The position numbers and the translations under genes were made by a program. The notes under the pieces were generated by a model that searched no databases, was not told the DNA's origin, and saw only the letters and a list, made by a program, of their open reading frames with translations. A stretch of DNA of 64,000 nt from a virus, in IMG/VR virus record IMGVR_UViG_3300024051_000003, positions 13,120-77,119 of that record; one strand, written 5' to 3'. This document shows positions 8,655 through 18,793 of the stretch, in pieces (positions within the stretch are counted from its first letter, which is position 1; each line of letters starts with the position of its first letter).

Positions 8655-10963
8655 TGCGTGACGATATGCCTGTCGGCTTTGATGAGGTGTGGCGTTCTGG
8701 CGTGTTTGTTGGGGATACGCGTCCGGTTGTGCGGGTGACTATTCAGAAGCCTCAGATGCGGTTGTGGAACTTTTTGATGAAGTCTACGTTCCGGCGTGTG
8801 CCTCAGTACTTGTTTGATACGAGTGCGTTTAATCCGTATCCGTCTGGTATTGATCCGACGAAGGGTGAGCCGGTGACGCAGACGTATGCTGATTATTTGT
8901 TTTCGGCCCCGTCTGCTCCTGTGGAGTTCCCGAATGTTCGGTCGGTGTCGTTTTCTCGTTCGACGGATGTGGATGCTGGGCAGGCGACGATCACGTTTTG
9001 GAATACAAGGCCGCTGCCTGTTGGTCAGGTTCCTGAGCGGGGTGATTTTGATCAGCCTGGGTTTTATTCTCCGGGGCGTGGTCGTGGACGCTTTTCTGGG
9101 CGTTGGGGCCATCAGTCGAACGTGTGGTCTGCGTTGATGCAGCCGGATAATATCGTTCGGGTTTATCAGGGGTACGGGTCTGATGTGCTGGGCTCTTCGT
9201 TGGATTCTCCTGATTTGATTCCTCCTGAGCGTGATTCGAAGTTGGTGTTGACGGGCACGTGGCATATTGATGATGTTGATTTGAGCTCTGATGGCACGAT
9301 TACTGTGACTGCTCGTGATATGGGTCGCCTGCTGTTGGATCAGATGGCTTTTCTTCCTGTGGTTCCTAAGGATTTTTATCCGCTGGAGTTTGAGCAGTGG
9401 GGGGATGTGACTGTCCAGTCGCAGTACACGAAGGTTACTGATACTCGTAAGACTGGTTTCCTGCCGTTTAAGCTTGTTGGTACGGGTAATGATAAGTGGC
9501 CTGAGTCTGCGTATCTTGGAGCTGACCGTCACGGGCATAAGTTGGCTCATGCTGCGGATGGGAAACTGGATACGTACTGGTTGTCTGTTGGTAACGGCAA
9601 TCCGACGTGGCGCTCTTCGTATGAGTACATTGATATTCAGGTGGGCGGTTACACGGTTCAGGAGATCCGTTTACGGACGGTGAAGTCGAACCATATTGCG
9701 TGGATCTCTGTGAAGCAGAAGGGGTCGAATGCGTGGGTTGCTGGCAAGACGATGCCGTATCACCAGGATGGTCGTGGCCGGTATGAGGAGGGTGTTCCTT
9801 ATATTCGGAAGAAGGCGTTGGGGGACGCGAAGGATGAGCAGGTCATTCCGGTTGGGGTGAAGAATGTTTCGTTGATTCGCTTGTGGTTGAATGCTACGGC
9901 TGCGTTTAATTTTCCGGGCGCGAGGTATCGTGCTGCGATCCGTGAGATCCAATTGTGGGGTGAGAGTGGTTCTTTGACGAAGGAACAGAAGGTTCGTTCG
10001 CAGAGTACGGCTTTGACGAAGGGCCCGGCTGGTTCTAATCCAGGCAGGATCCAAGACTTTACGGATATTGTGAAGCTCGCATGCGCTTGGTCCGGGCTGT
10101 ATTGGCCGTCTACTGGGTATGTGTACCATTCGGATGGTTCTAAGGTCTCTGTGAGGCCGTCGCAGTCTGATTCGAAGGTGTTGGGCGGTAAGGTGACGGG
10201 CCGTGTGTGGGGGGATTTCGAGCAGACGGGGACGGTCCCTCTGGCACTGTTGTCGGCAAGTAATTTTGATAAGCGTTCCATGCGGGACGTTATCAACTAT
10301 GTGGCTGACATGATTGGGTTCTTGTTCTTTGTGGATGAGACGGGCGGTGCCGTGTGGCGTATGGCGAACGTGTGGGAGAAGGGGTCGTGGGTTTCTGGAT
10401 TGTCGTCCAATCCGCGTCGCGTGACGTCCCCTATGATTTTGGATGAGAATGTCACAATCATGGATTTGCGGGCGAATTTGACGTCTCGCAATGTTCGTGA
10501 GGGTGTGTTTGTCGCGAATGCTATTGGCGGCTATGCGGAGATGGTTGCCGGTTATAATCCGAACGATACGGGCTTGCGGCGCGTTGCCGGTTATACGGAT
10601 AGCAACTTTCAGGATGCTGAAGAGGCGCGCGTGATGGCTGATCTGATCACAGTGCGCCAGCTCTTTAAGTACCGCACGGACACGATCATGATCACCGCTA
10701 ATCCAGCCATTCAGATTGACGATCAGGTGCAACCGTTTGAGCGGGTCACGTCTGAGGGGTTTGTGCATTACGTGAAGGGCATCCAGTCGGATATGGACGT
10801 AAGGTCGGGCAAGTGGACGATGCAGTTGCAGACTCACTGGTTGGGTGATGATCCTGAGGGCAAGTGGGCTGTGCGGCGCAATACGTTGAATGATTCGACG
10901 GTGAGTTTTGTGGATGCGAATATTGGCAAGGTTGAGTCTCCTCGCAGGGGGGTGTCGTTGTGA
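8654..10963 (+). CDS. minor tail / baseplate hub-like protein
   Basis: 769 aa; hub-like segments (SVSFSRS..., IDDVDL...ITVTARDMGRLL, ITANPAIQIDDQV); synteny. Confidence 0.65.
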   Translation: MRDDMPVGFDEVWRSGVFVGDTRPVVRVTIQKPQMRLWNFLMKSTFRRVPQYLFDTSAFNPYPSGIDPTKGEPVTQTYADYLFSAPSAPVEFPNVRSVSFSRSTDVDAGQATITFWNTRPLPVGQVPERGDFDQPGFYSPGRGRGRFSGRWGHQSNVWSALMQPDNIVRVYQGYGSDVLGSSLDSPDLIPPERDSKLVLTGTWHIDDVDLSSDGTITVTARDMGRLLLDQMAFLPVVPKDFYPLEFEQWGDVTVQSQYTKVTDTRKTGFLPFKLVGTGNDKWPESAYLGADRHGHKLAHAADGKLDTYWLSVGNGNPTWRSSYEYIDIQVGGYTVQEIRLRTVKSNHIAWISVKQKGSNAWVAGKTMPYHQDGRGRYEEGVPYIRKKALGDAKDEQVIPVGVKNVSLIRLWLNATAAFNFPGARYRAAIREIQLWGESGSLTKEQKVRSQSTALTKGPAGSNPGRIQDFTDIVKLACAWSGLYWPSTGYVYHSDGSKVSVRPSQSDSKVLGGKVTGRVWGDFEQTGTVPLALLSASNFDKRSMRDVINYVADMIGFLFFVDETGGAVWRMANVWEKGSWVSGLSSNPRRVTSPMILDENVTIMDLRANLTSRNVREGVFVANAIGGYAEMVAGYNPNDTGLRRVAGYTDSNFQDAEEARVMADLITVRQLFKYRTDTIMITANPAIQIDDQVQPFERVTSEGFVHYVKGIQSDMDVRSGKWTMQLQTHWLGDDPEGKWAVRRNTLNDSTVSFVDANIGKVESPRRGVSL

Positions 10964-11442
10964 GTATTGCGTTTGGTAATTTTTTTGATCCTCGGGTTGC
11001 TGCGCGTGAGAACAGTGCGCAGGTGGAGGCGCAGCGGGAGAATAGGTCTCGTACAGCGTTTTCTACGCATTCGTTTCAGGTTTCTGGTGTGGGGACGGTG
11101 CTGTTGGGGACGGTTGATTTTGATTTCGTGTTTTTGGATCGCCCTCGGGTGATGATGGGGGCGTCTATTTTGCAGACACCCCCTTTGGGGACGTGGGGTT
11201 TGCCTGATGTGAATGGTCTCGTCACGAAGTGGGTTGTGGACCGCAAGAAGCATTACACGGGCGCTCAGGTTTATGCGGTGACGGATATTCGCAGGGTGGA
11301 TGGTGAGGCTCCTGAGGCGTACCCGGAGTTCTCTGCTGTCCTCGATGTTGTGTTTGTTGGTGTTGCGTATAAGGATCTGGGCACGTCGGTGACGGTTGCG
11401 TCTGAGATGTTGTCCCCACGACCTACTGGTTTGGGAGGGTAA
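10960..11442 (+). CDS. minor tail protein
   Basis: GTGA overlap within the tail operon. Confidence 0.55.
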   Translation: MSIAFGNFFDPRVAARENSAQVEAQRENRSRTAFSTHSFQVSGVGTVLLGTVDFDFVFLDRPRVMMGASILQTPPLGTWGLPDVNGLVTKWVVDRKKHYTGAQVYAVTDIRRVDGEAPEAYPEFSAVLDVVFVGVAYKDLGTSVTVASEMLSPRPTGLGG

Positions 11443-11444
11443 TT

Positions 11445-12617
11445 GTGGCTGGCAGGACTGAGCGTTTTGGTTTTAATACGTTTGGTGGGGGTGAGGGCGG
11501 TTCTATTTCTGATGATGGGTTTAAGTTCTCGTCGGATGATCGTAGGGCCCTGGATGCCATTTTGGCGGCTATTGAGCGGCATAACCACCATTTAGTGGCT
11601 CATGGGTCTAGCGAGGCTCCTGGGGCGCCTTCTGTGACTGTGGGGGCGGATGGGTACCTTGAGGGCGGGTTTGAGTATTTCTATCGTGTTGCTTTACTGA
11701 ACGAGGATGGTTCAGTTGGCGAGGCGGGCGACGAGGCTTCTATCACTTTGCCTGCCGTGCTGCAGTCTCCTGACATTCCTGCGGTTGCGAACATTGAGGG
11801 CTCTATGCCTGTCGGCTCGTTGCTTCCGGGTGTGTATTACTATGGCCTGACGGCTCATGTTGGCATCCAAGAATCTCCGCTGTCGGCGACCGTCCCCGCT
11901 CAAGTTATTGCTACTGGCTCGGTGCGGCTGGAACTTCCTGAGTTCGAGGATCCAGCAGATTCGTACACGGTGTGGCGCATGGGGCCCGGGGAGCCCGGGT
12001 TTACGCGCATTGGTATTACTGATCTCCTAGAGTTCATTGATGATGGCTCGGTTCCAGCGGATCCTTGTGCGGGTTCCCCTGGTCACACGCCTCCTGATTT
12101 CAATACTGGTGCTGCTGTTTATTCGGTGGTTGTTTCGCTACCTGCGGGGCTTGAGGCTCCGTTTGGGTGGGTTATTTACCGGACGGACACGTCTGGCTTG
12201 TATGACGGTCAGTGTGTTGTTGAGCGTGTGACGGCGTTTGTTGATGAGGATGATCCTGAGTCGGGTGTGGTGACTTCTTGGTCTGATGTTGGCGATCCGC
12301 TTCAGGGCGGTACTCCTCGCACGGTTGAGGATATTCGGTTTGTTCCGTTTACGTTTGATGCTCGTGACGAGCTTCCAGATCCTGCCGGTTTCCCCGATTG
12401 GTATCCGATTGTGCATAGTGGGAAACTTCTTGTTCGTTCAGGGTTGGAGTGGATTCCTTTGGGCGGGGGGTCCGGCTCTGTATCGTTGCCTATTTTTACG
12501 AGCCCTAACGGATCGCGTTTTATTCAGTCGGTGTCGGATGATGGAGAGTTCGTTCTGACTCCTACTGAACTGCCCGGTCCGCCCGCTCCTGTTGTTGTTT
12601 CGGTTATTGGAGGCTGA
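11445..12617 (+). CDS. minor tail protein with beta-sandwich (FN3-like) repeats
   Basis: 'YFYRVALL', 'YYYGLTA', 'YTVWR', 'VIYRT' strand patterns; tail operon position. Confidence 0.55.
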   Translation: MAGRTERFGFNTFGGGEGGSISDDGFKFSSDDRRALDAILAAIERHNHHLVAHGSSEAPGAPSVTVGADGYLEGGFEYFYRVALLNEDGSVGEAGDEASITLPAVLQSPDIPAVANIEGSMPVGSLLPGVYYYGLTAHVGIQESPLSATVPAQVIATGSVRLELPEFEDPADSYTVWRMGPGEPGFTRIGITDLLEFIDDGSVPADPCAGSPGHTPPDFNTGAAVYSVVVSLPAGLEAPFGWVIYRTDTSGLYDGQCVVERVTAFVDEDDPESGVVTSWSDVGDPLQGGTPRTVEDIRFVPFTFDARDELPDPAGFPDWYPIVHSGKLLVRSGLEWIPLGGGSGSVSLPIFTSPNGSRFIQSVSDDGEFVLTPTELPGPPAPVVVSVIGG

Positions 12618-12618
12618 G

Positions 12619-14226
12619 ATGTCTGTTTTTGATGATGCGATCTTGGACATTAACCCTGCCGTTGAGGGTGGGTGTGTTGTTGATCCTGTGACTCGTGACG
12701 TGTCTGGGACTGTCGGACAGATGGTTTCTGATGACTCCACTTTGCCTGTCGGCAAGGTTCTTGATATTGATGATGCAGTGTCAGTTGTTTCTGGTATTGG
12801 AATTGATTTTGCTGCGGCTGACATTTCTGTTGGTGATGGATCGTATTCCATATCTGATGATGGCTTGATTTGGGTTCGTGACGGTGATGATGATGTGCTC
12901 ACTGTGTCGGCTACCGTGGACTCTTCAGATCCTGATCTGACATATTTTTCAATGTGGATAGATTGCTTGGATGGCGGATCTTATAGCGTTGACGTTTCAT
13001 GTTTTGATGATTCTGACTCTTTGATTAAGTCATTCTCTGGACTTTGCGGCGGCAACCCCGAAGGTTGGTGGGTTGTTGTTGCTCCACTGTCCGGTTCTGG
13101 AGTTGTTGATCATGTTGAGGTTTCTGTGTCTCGCGGAAACTCCTCAACGGTTTTTGCCGGAAGTGAAGTTCGCGTCAGAATGATGGGCTTTGGTGACCTT
13201 TCGGCTGGAGATTGGCATCCTGCCTTTTCAGGGAGGGACGATTTGATTGTCCCGACTGCTGTTAGTGATTTTGGGCCTGGGCTTCGGTTTGATGGTGGAG
13301 AGACTGGCGGATGGGGGTTGGTTGATACCACCGGATTCACGGATCAGAGTTGCTTTTATGCAAGGTGCTCCAATGGCGCAGTGTCTTCCGGGTATAGGGA
13401 GTATGACAGGTCTGATGCTGGTGATTTTATTGACCCTCCAAACTTCACTGGTACGGGTGAGTTCACTGTTGCTCCGGGTAGCGTTTATTCGCGTTCATTT
13501 GTTGTGGTTCATTGCGAGCCTGGCGGGTTTGTTGAGTTGTTCCATACTCGGACTGATGGGGCTCTTGGGGTTGAGTGGTCTGGGGCTGAGGGGAGTTCTT
13601 CCCTGGTTCCTAATGTTGTTGATGGTGATTTTCTTTACACTGGGGCATCTCTGACCTTCAGTCGGGGCGGCGCCGCACCGGGAACGTATGTTGCTCTGGT
13701 TGAAGATTGCGGTATTAGTTCTTGGCCGTTCCTAGGGTACTCTTGGGTGGCGTCTGAGTCCCTTGGGAACGCTTTTGCCCGGTGGGTTTCTGGATGGTCT
13801 CTTGGTGGCGACGTTGAGGCTTGGGATTTTTTCCCTGGATCGGTTGCGGCGAGATATTCGTCCGGCAGTCAGGCTCAGGTGGACGTACTCCCTGCCGGTT
13901 CTTTTGTTTCCAACTTCGGACCTCCAGATTTAACCATCTCTTCCGGTCTTAAGGTGTCTCGCATTTTGGCTTGGGACAGGGTTTTGTCTGACGAGGAACT
14001 TTCTCAGGTTCTGGTCAGGGCCACCCGGGAGATTTCTTGGGATGTCCCATTGGATGGCGGTTCGCCTATTACTGGATTTAGGGTGTTTACTGTCCGTGGC
14101 GGTGAGGTTTCTGTCGAGAATCTCCCCGCTGACGCGACTTCGTATTCAACTGGATCTTATGGTGGTCCTGTGTGGGTTTCTGCTGTTAATGCTGTTGGTG
14201 TTGGAACTCCTGGGGGTGCGGCATGA
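12619..14226 (+). CDS. putative tail fibre / receptor-binding protein (LamG-like part plus C-terminal FN3)
   Basis: 'ILAWDRVLSDEEL' LamG-like end; C-terminal 'ISWDVPLDGGSPITGFRV...VSAVNAVGVG' FN3 motif. Confidence 0.55.
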   Translation: MSVFDDAILDINPAVEGGCVVDPVTRDVSGTVGQMVSDDSTLPVGKVLDIDDAVSVVSGIGIDFAAADISVGDGSYSISDDGLIWVRDGDDDVLTVSATVDSSDPDLTYFSMWIDCLDGGSYSVDVSCFDDSDSLIKSFSGLCGGNPEGWWVVVAPLSGSGVVDHVEVSVSRGNSSTVFAGSEVRVRMMGFGDLSAGDWHPAFSGRDDLIVPTAVSDFGPGLRFDGGETGGWGLVDTTGFTDQSCFYARCSNGAVSSGYREYDRSDAGDFIDPPNFTGTGEFTVAPGSVYSRSFVVVHCEPGGFVELFHTRTDGALGVEWSGAEGSSSLVPNVVDGDFLYTGASLTFSRGGAAPGTYVALVEDCGISSWPFLGYSWVASESLGNAFARWVSGWSLGGDVEAWDFFPGSVAARYSSGSQAQVDVLPAGSFVSNFGPPDLTISSGLKVSRILAWDRVLSDEELSQVLVRATREISWDVPLDGGSPITGFRVFTVRGGEVSVENLPADATSYSTGSYGGPVWVSAVNAVGVGTPGGAA

Positions 14227-15476
14227 GTCGTGATCGTGCGTTCTTCTTCATGAACACGATGGCTAATATCAGTTCTTCTAATTGGGATATGACTTTTTTT
14301 GAGTATCCTTCGGGGAAGTCGTTTACGGTGCCGAATGTTGGTGATGCGTATCAGTCAGCAATAACTTCTGCGGTTCAAGGTTCTGGTGGTGTTGTTTTTT
14401 GGGACAATCTGAGACGCGCAGATTACCCGGCTGTATTGAGTGGGAAGTTTGAGTTTCAGGGGTTTTTGGACTATTTGGACTTTAATTCCTATGACGTGCA
14501 GTCTGTCGGCAAGCCTGTCTTTGATGATGATGGCGGTATCGTTCAGGCTGGGATGGAGGATGGAAGTCTTGTGGTGAGGCGGTGGGATTCTGTCACCCTT
14601 GATGCCGTGACTAAATCATTTAATGTTGATACTGGTGATATTTACTCTCCATCTGTTGATGGGGTGCATCACTTCGGTGGTGGAGTGTTTGTCGCACTGG
14701 TATCGGGGCATGGCTATTTGGACCCAAGCAGTACATATGCTGTAGCTTTTAGGGCCACTTCCGATGTCATAGAGGTGACTGACCAGATTCATGTGCATCC
14801 GGGTGGTGAGTGGCTTGGCACATCTCCTTCGGCGCCAATTGTTCCGGTTGATGGTAGGACGTTTTATTTTTATGGCACTTACGGTGAACCGGGGCCGATT
14901 TGGGGGCCGTATGGCATCGAGGTTTCTTGTTCTGTTTCTGCTACTGGGATGCTTTCGTTGGGGGACGTGAAGGATCGTGGGTATGATTTTTTTACTAATT
15001 CAGTTTTCTTTTCTGGTGATGGTTCAGGTGGGCTAGATAGCAATGGGTTCTTGAACTGTTGTTTTGATGGCGACTTTCTATATGTTGCGAGCCATTTGGA
15101 TCGTGGTATATATCGGATCAATTGGAGGACTGGTGAGCACCTCAGGCTGGCCGATCTAGTTAGCCCCGAGGGATCTGTGGGTGAGGTGTCATTTTTTCAA
15201 CTCTTAGATGGAGAGATTGTTTACGCCGTAGGGGTGTCCTCGTTTGGTTCACTGCCTCAGGCTCTTTATGTATATTCGGTTCCCAAGTCTGGCGGAGGTC
15301 CGGTCGAGGTGGCCGCGTATGGCGAGGGGGACTTTTACAATTATCAGTTCCCGGATGCGTTTGGTTGGTATGGTCTTGCTTTTGGCGAGGAGTCTTCACT
15401 TTCTCCTAAGTCATTTCCGCTCCCTCCTCAGACGGCTCGTGCTGGCTGGAAAGTGAAGCAGGGTTTCTTCTCTTAG
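14223..15476 (+). CDS. putative receptor-binding / beta-propeller tail protein
   Basis: ATGA overlap; aromatic- and Gly-rich repeats (DGDFLYVAS, DGEIVYAV); last gene before the terminator. Confidence 0.45.
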   Translation: MSRDRAFFFMNTMANISSSNWDMTFFEYPSGKSFTVPNVGDAYQSAITSAVQGSGGVVFWDNLRRADYPAVLSGKFEFQGFLDYLDFNSYDVQSVGKPVFDDDGGIVQAGMEDGSLVVRRWDSVTLDAVTKSFNVDTGDIYSPSVDGVHHFGGGVFVALVSGHGYLDPSSTYAVAFRATSDVIEVTDQIHVHPGGEWLGTSPSAPIVPVDGRTFYFYGTYGEPGPIWGPYGIEVSCSVSATGMLSLGDVKDRGYDFFTNSVFFSGDGSGGLDSNGFLNCCFDGDFLYVASHLDRGIYRINWRTGEHLRLADLVSPEGSVGEVSFFQLLDGEIVYAVGVSSFGSLPQALYVYSVPKSGGGPVEVAAYGEGDFYNYQFPDAFGWYGLAFGEESSLSPKSFPLPPQTARAGWKVKQGFFS

Positions 15477-15485
15477 GGCGGCATC

Positions 15486-15520
15486 AAAGCCCCTCCCTTT
15501 GGCCAGGGAGGGGCTTTTGT
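15486..15520 (+). terminator. rho-independent terminator ending the tail operon
   Basis: aaagcccctccct/agggaggggcttt. Confidence 0.85.
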
Positions 15521-15623
15521 GTTTCCGATGACCATTTGATGTGTCGCATCAGCTTGCCTGTCGGTGGGTCGCCGTAATGTTTCTGATGTTCGAAAGTTTC
15601 CTTGCTGAGGGTTGGTGTTTGGT

Positions 15624-16022
15624 ATGTCAGAAAGGCCCGAGTGGGCTCGCCCGGGAACGTCTGTCGAGGTCACTTTGCATGACGGGAATCGCGTTAAGGG
15701 CGAGGTGTTTTTCAGTGATGGCCTCCCTCCTTTTCGTGTCGGTGTTGGGTCTGTTGTTTTCTGCTGGGATGATGTGAAGTCTGCGCGGGTGACTGGATCT
15801 AGTGTTTTGGCCGGGTTTGAGTCGGGAGATTTCGTCCTGGGTGCAACCCGTCAGGGTGCCCAGTTCGTCGGCGTTGTTTACGTGGGTTACCCATACGGCC
15901 AGCCGCTTGTTGTTCGCGCTCGCCATCACAATGGTGAGGCATGTGTCATTAAGGGTGCGGAGATCGACTGGATTGATCTTATTGAGTGGCCGGAGGTTGG
16001 CTCAGATGACTCTTCTGTTTAA
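15624..16022 (+). CDS. hypothetical protein
   Basis: ORF MSERPEWARPG..., in-operon orientation. Confidence 0.55.
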   Translation: MSERPEWARPGTSVEVTLHDGNRVKGEVFFSDGLPPFRVGVGSVVFCWDDVKSARVTGSSVLAGFESGDFVLGATRQGAQFVGVVYVGYPYGQPLVVRARHHNGEACVIKGAEIDWIDLIEWPEVGSDDSSV

Positions 16023-16152
16023 CTTCCGCATGGACCGTATTGCGCGCAGGGTGCGTCGTATGCGCCGCGACGGGTTTGATGATGAGGCTATTGAGGCGTT
16101 TGTGTCTCAGGCTTTGGGTGTTCCAGTCGAAGAGAGGAGGATTTTGGTGTGA
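16006..16152 (+). CDS. small hypothetical protein
   Basis: RBS ggagg; MTLLFNFRMDRIARR...; overlaps the next gene by GTGA. Confidence 0.5.
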   Translation: MTLLFNFRMDRIARRVRRMRRDGFDDEAIEAFVSQALGVPVEERRILV

Positions 16153-17150
16153 TTGCTCCGATGGTGATTCGCCAGTCTGACTTGTCGTCGTTTTCGTATT
16201 GTGCGATGCGGCAGCGGTACGACCATGGCATGATTGCTAATAACTTGTCGCACAAGCTCCCACGCTTGTCTGCGACGATTTACGGCACGGTGTTGCATGC
16301 GTGTTTGGAGTTCATGCAGCGTGGCGTGAATGAGGGTAAGCCTGACATGTATGAGCAGGCTTTGGCGAAGTTCCAGCATTTATGGCATCCCGAGAGGATT
16401 CATGAACTTCCGGGTGTTCCGGGGTGGCCTAATGTGTGGGTGAAGAAGACTAATTCTGGCATGTATTCGTCGTTTGCTGCGCAGACTCTTGCGGCAGCGC
16501 ATGGCTGGATGGAGGGTCGGATTGAGTCTGGTGAAGTGCTTCTTGGCACCGAACTCCAGTTTGATCTTCCGTATGAGGTTGATGGTGTGACGCATACTTT
16601 GCACGGCACTATTGACCGCCTGTCGTTGGTGTTTGGTTCGGGTAAGACAAAGCCTCCTATGTTGATTGTGGGGGACTGGAAGACGGGTAAGAAGCCGACG
16701 TATCTGCAGTATGCGATGCAGTGGACGATCTATTCGTGGGCTTCTACTCAGCCAGCGTTTTGGGAGAACTTCAGGGGCATTCCGGCGTTTAATGACGTTC
16801 TTGCGGCTTTGTATGCGCGTGGTTTCTCTTTGTTTGGGGAGTCGGAGCATCCTCTTGTGCCGCGTCGCGGCTTGTGGTTAAGCGCGCAGGATGGCGGGTT
16901 CTCTGAGAGTGATTGTGGGTTCCGTGGGGATCAGCATTTCGCTCGGATGAGGTTGGCTATCAAGAATTACGTTGAGGCTCGTGTGGGCGGTTTTGCGCCG
17001 CTGACTATGGATAACGAGAAGTGCAATTTTTGTGTGTACAACGGGCAGGATCCGCTTGTTGCTGAGGACCCTGATGTTCCTGTGTGCGGGGATGCTCCGT
17101 TGCCGGTTTTTCAGGAAGGAGTTGAGCCGTGGGAGCAGTGGGTGAAGTGA
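16149..17150 (+). CDS. PD-(D/E)XK exonuclease (RecB/Cas4-like)
   Basis: 'GTVLH', 'ELQF', 'GTIDRL', 'GDWKTG', Q-motif 'MQWTIY', C-terminal CxxC. Confidence 0.85.
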   Translation: MIAPMVIRQSDLSSFSYCAMRQRYDHGMIANNLSHKLPRLSATIYGTVLHACLEFMQRGVNEGKPDMYEQALAKFQHLWHPERIHELPGVPGWPNVWVKKTNSGMYSSFAAQTLAAAHGWMEGRIESGEVLLGTELQFDLPYEVDGVTHTLHGTIDRLSLVFGSGKTKPPMLIVGDWKTGKKPTYLQYAMQWTIYSWASTQPAFWENFRGIPAFNDVLAALYARGFSLFGESEHPLVPRRGLWLSAQDGGFSESDCGFRGDQHFARMRLAIKNYVEARVGGFAPLTMDNEKCNFCVYNGQDPLVAEDPDVPVCGDAPLPVFQEGVEPWEQWVK

Positions 17151-17617
17151 CTGATAGGGTGTTTTGGGTTGATGGCAGGGCCTATAGGACTTTCCCGAGG
17201 TCTCATTGCAGCAATGGGCACGAGTTTACTGAGGAGAACACTCGGTTTTCTTACCGTCAGGATGGGAGTGTTCGATGCAGGATTTGCAGGACGTGTCAGC
17301 GTGAGTGGGCCGCCAGGAAGCGAGCTCGTGTTCGTGTAGCCCAGGTCAATGAGGCTGCTCCCGTTGAGGCGTCGAAGGTTTTTGCCCGCGTGGTGACTTC
17401 GCATGTGTTTGCTTCTCGTGAGGCTTACAATGCGTGGGCTCGGTCTATGCAGCCCCTCCTTGGCGGGGATTGGCTGCTGAGCCCGGATAGCAGCGTCACA
17501 TCTGTGATGCTGGATGAAGTGAAAGAGGTTGATACTGTCCCCGGTGTTGGGGATGGTGTCCGTGAGTTCTGGAACAGGATTGGAGTTGGTTATGCCGGTT
17601 ACCCTGAAGTCTCCTAG
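17147..17617 (+). CDS. hypothetical protein with the zinc-binding segment typical of actinophage HNH-associated domains
   Basis: 'HCSNGHEFTEENT...RCRICRTC'; no HNH catalytic motif seen. Confidence 0.5.
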   Translation: MTDRVFWVDGRAYRTFPRSHCSNGHEFTEENTRFSYRQDGSVRCRICRTCQREWAARKRARVRVAQVNEAAPVEASKVFARVVTSHVFASREAYNAWARSMQPLLGGDWLLSPDSSVTSVMLDEVKEVDTVPGVGDGVREFWNRIGVGYAGYPEVS

Positions 17618-18776
17618 GTTGGGGGCCATTGGTGAGGGTGGTGACATTGCGACGCGGAATTACATTCATGCGGTGGTGTTTGGTCCTTCTGGTATGGGTA
17701 AGACGCCGTATGCGGCGCAGTTCCCGAAGCCTGTCTTTTTGATGGCTGACCGCAATGGTGAGCAGTCTCTGGTGATGACGAATACTCCGTATATGGAGGT
17801 TCGTTCGGTGGAGGATTTCGATGAGGCTATCGAGATGCTGGAGGCTGACCAGTTCAACCCTGACCGCCGTTTTGAGACGGTTGTGTTGGATACAGTGTCT
17901 GTGTTCCAGGATCATGTGGCGATGAATCTTGTGCGCCGCTTGAATCTGAAGAACATGGATGGTTTCAAGAACTGGGGCGAGCTGGAGACTGAGGTGAAGT
18001 CTCGTTTGGCTCGGCTGCAGAACATGAAGTACAACATTGTGGTGTTGTGTCATGTGCAGGATGTGTTTGGTGCTGAGGATCGTGAGTTGGAGCCGCTGTT
18101 GAAGGGTTCCGTGCGCCAGTCGTTGACTCGTGAGTTCCCGTTTGTCATTGGTTTGTGGCGTAAGCGTGAGATGGTGGGTGAGGGTGAGGATGCTACTCCT
18201 ACTGATGTTCTGCGCGCATATTTCCAGCCGACTGCGCTGTATCCGATGGCTCGCACACCGTCCCGTTCACTGCCCGAGTCTCTGCCGGTGACGTTTTCGC
18301 CGGATGATTTTGATCAGATTCGTAAGTATTTGGATGCGCGTGCTGCGGAGTTGAATCAGGTCGCTCAGATCGCCCCTATGAAGCCCGTTCGGAAGCCTGA
18401 GGCGCCGAAGCCCGCTGGGACTGCCGGGGAGGCTCCCGTGGCTGCTCCTGCGCTTTCTAGCACGCCTGCGTCGGACGAGTCTGGCCCTGTTCCTTTGAAT
18501 CTTCCTGCGAGCGCCGAGCGTCTCGCTAAGAAGGGTAAGAAGGAGAAGGAGGCTGTTGAGGTCGCTGAGGCTGAGCCGACGCTTGAGGAGGCGGTTGCTG
18601 CCGTCAAGGAGGTGCTTGGCGGCGAGGAGATCTCTTTGTTTGACCGGGTGAAGGCTACGAAGTCTCGCTCGGAAGCTCTGGCTTTGTACGCAGAGAACAC
18701 TGATGCGTTCACTGATGAGATGAATGCGTACATTCGTGACCGCATCAAGAATGACCCTGAGTTCGCTAATTCCTGA
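17592..18776 (+). CDS. AAA ATPase (AAA_24/Sak4-like recombination protein)
   Basis: Walker A GPSGMGKT, Walker B VVLDTVS; sits between the exonuclease and SSB genes. Confidence 0.75.
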   Translation: MPVTLKSPRLGAIGEGGDIATRNYIHAVVFGPSGMGKTPYAAQFPKPVFLMADRNGEQSLVMTNTPYMEVRSVEDFDEAIEMLEADQFNPDRRFETVVLDTVSVFQDHVAMNLVRRLNLKNMDGFKNWGELETEVKSRLARLQNMKYNIVVLCHVQDVFGAEDRELEPLLKGSVRQSLTREFPFVIGLWRKREMVGEGEDATPTDVLRAYFQPTALYPMARTPSRSLPESLPVTFSPDDFDQIRKYLDARAAELNQVAQIAPMKPVRKPEAPKPAGTAGEAPVAAPALSSTPASDESGPVPLNLPASAERLAKKGKKEKEAVEVAEAEPTLEEAVAAVKEVLGGEEISLFDRVKATKSRSEALALYAENTDAFTDEMNAYIRDRIKNDPEFANS

Positions 18777-18793
18777 TTGGAGAGGATGTTTCA

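Noticed and set aside
3111-11253. Long antisense ORFs (e.g. 4336-5799, 8651-9550, 9671-10837)
   Set aside because: Shadow frames opposite clear structural genes; R/S/T/N-rich translations caused by strand skew, with no RBS or motifs
16149-17150. Cas4 of a CRISPR system
   Set aside because: Sits in a standard exonuclease-ATPase-SSB recombination module with no other cas genes
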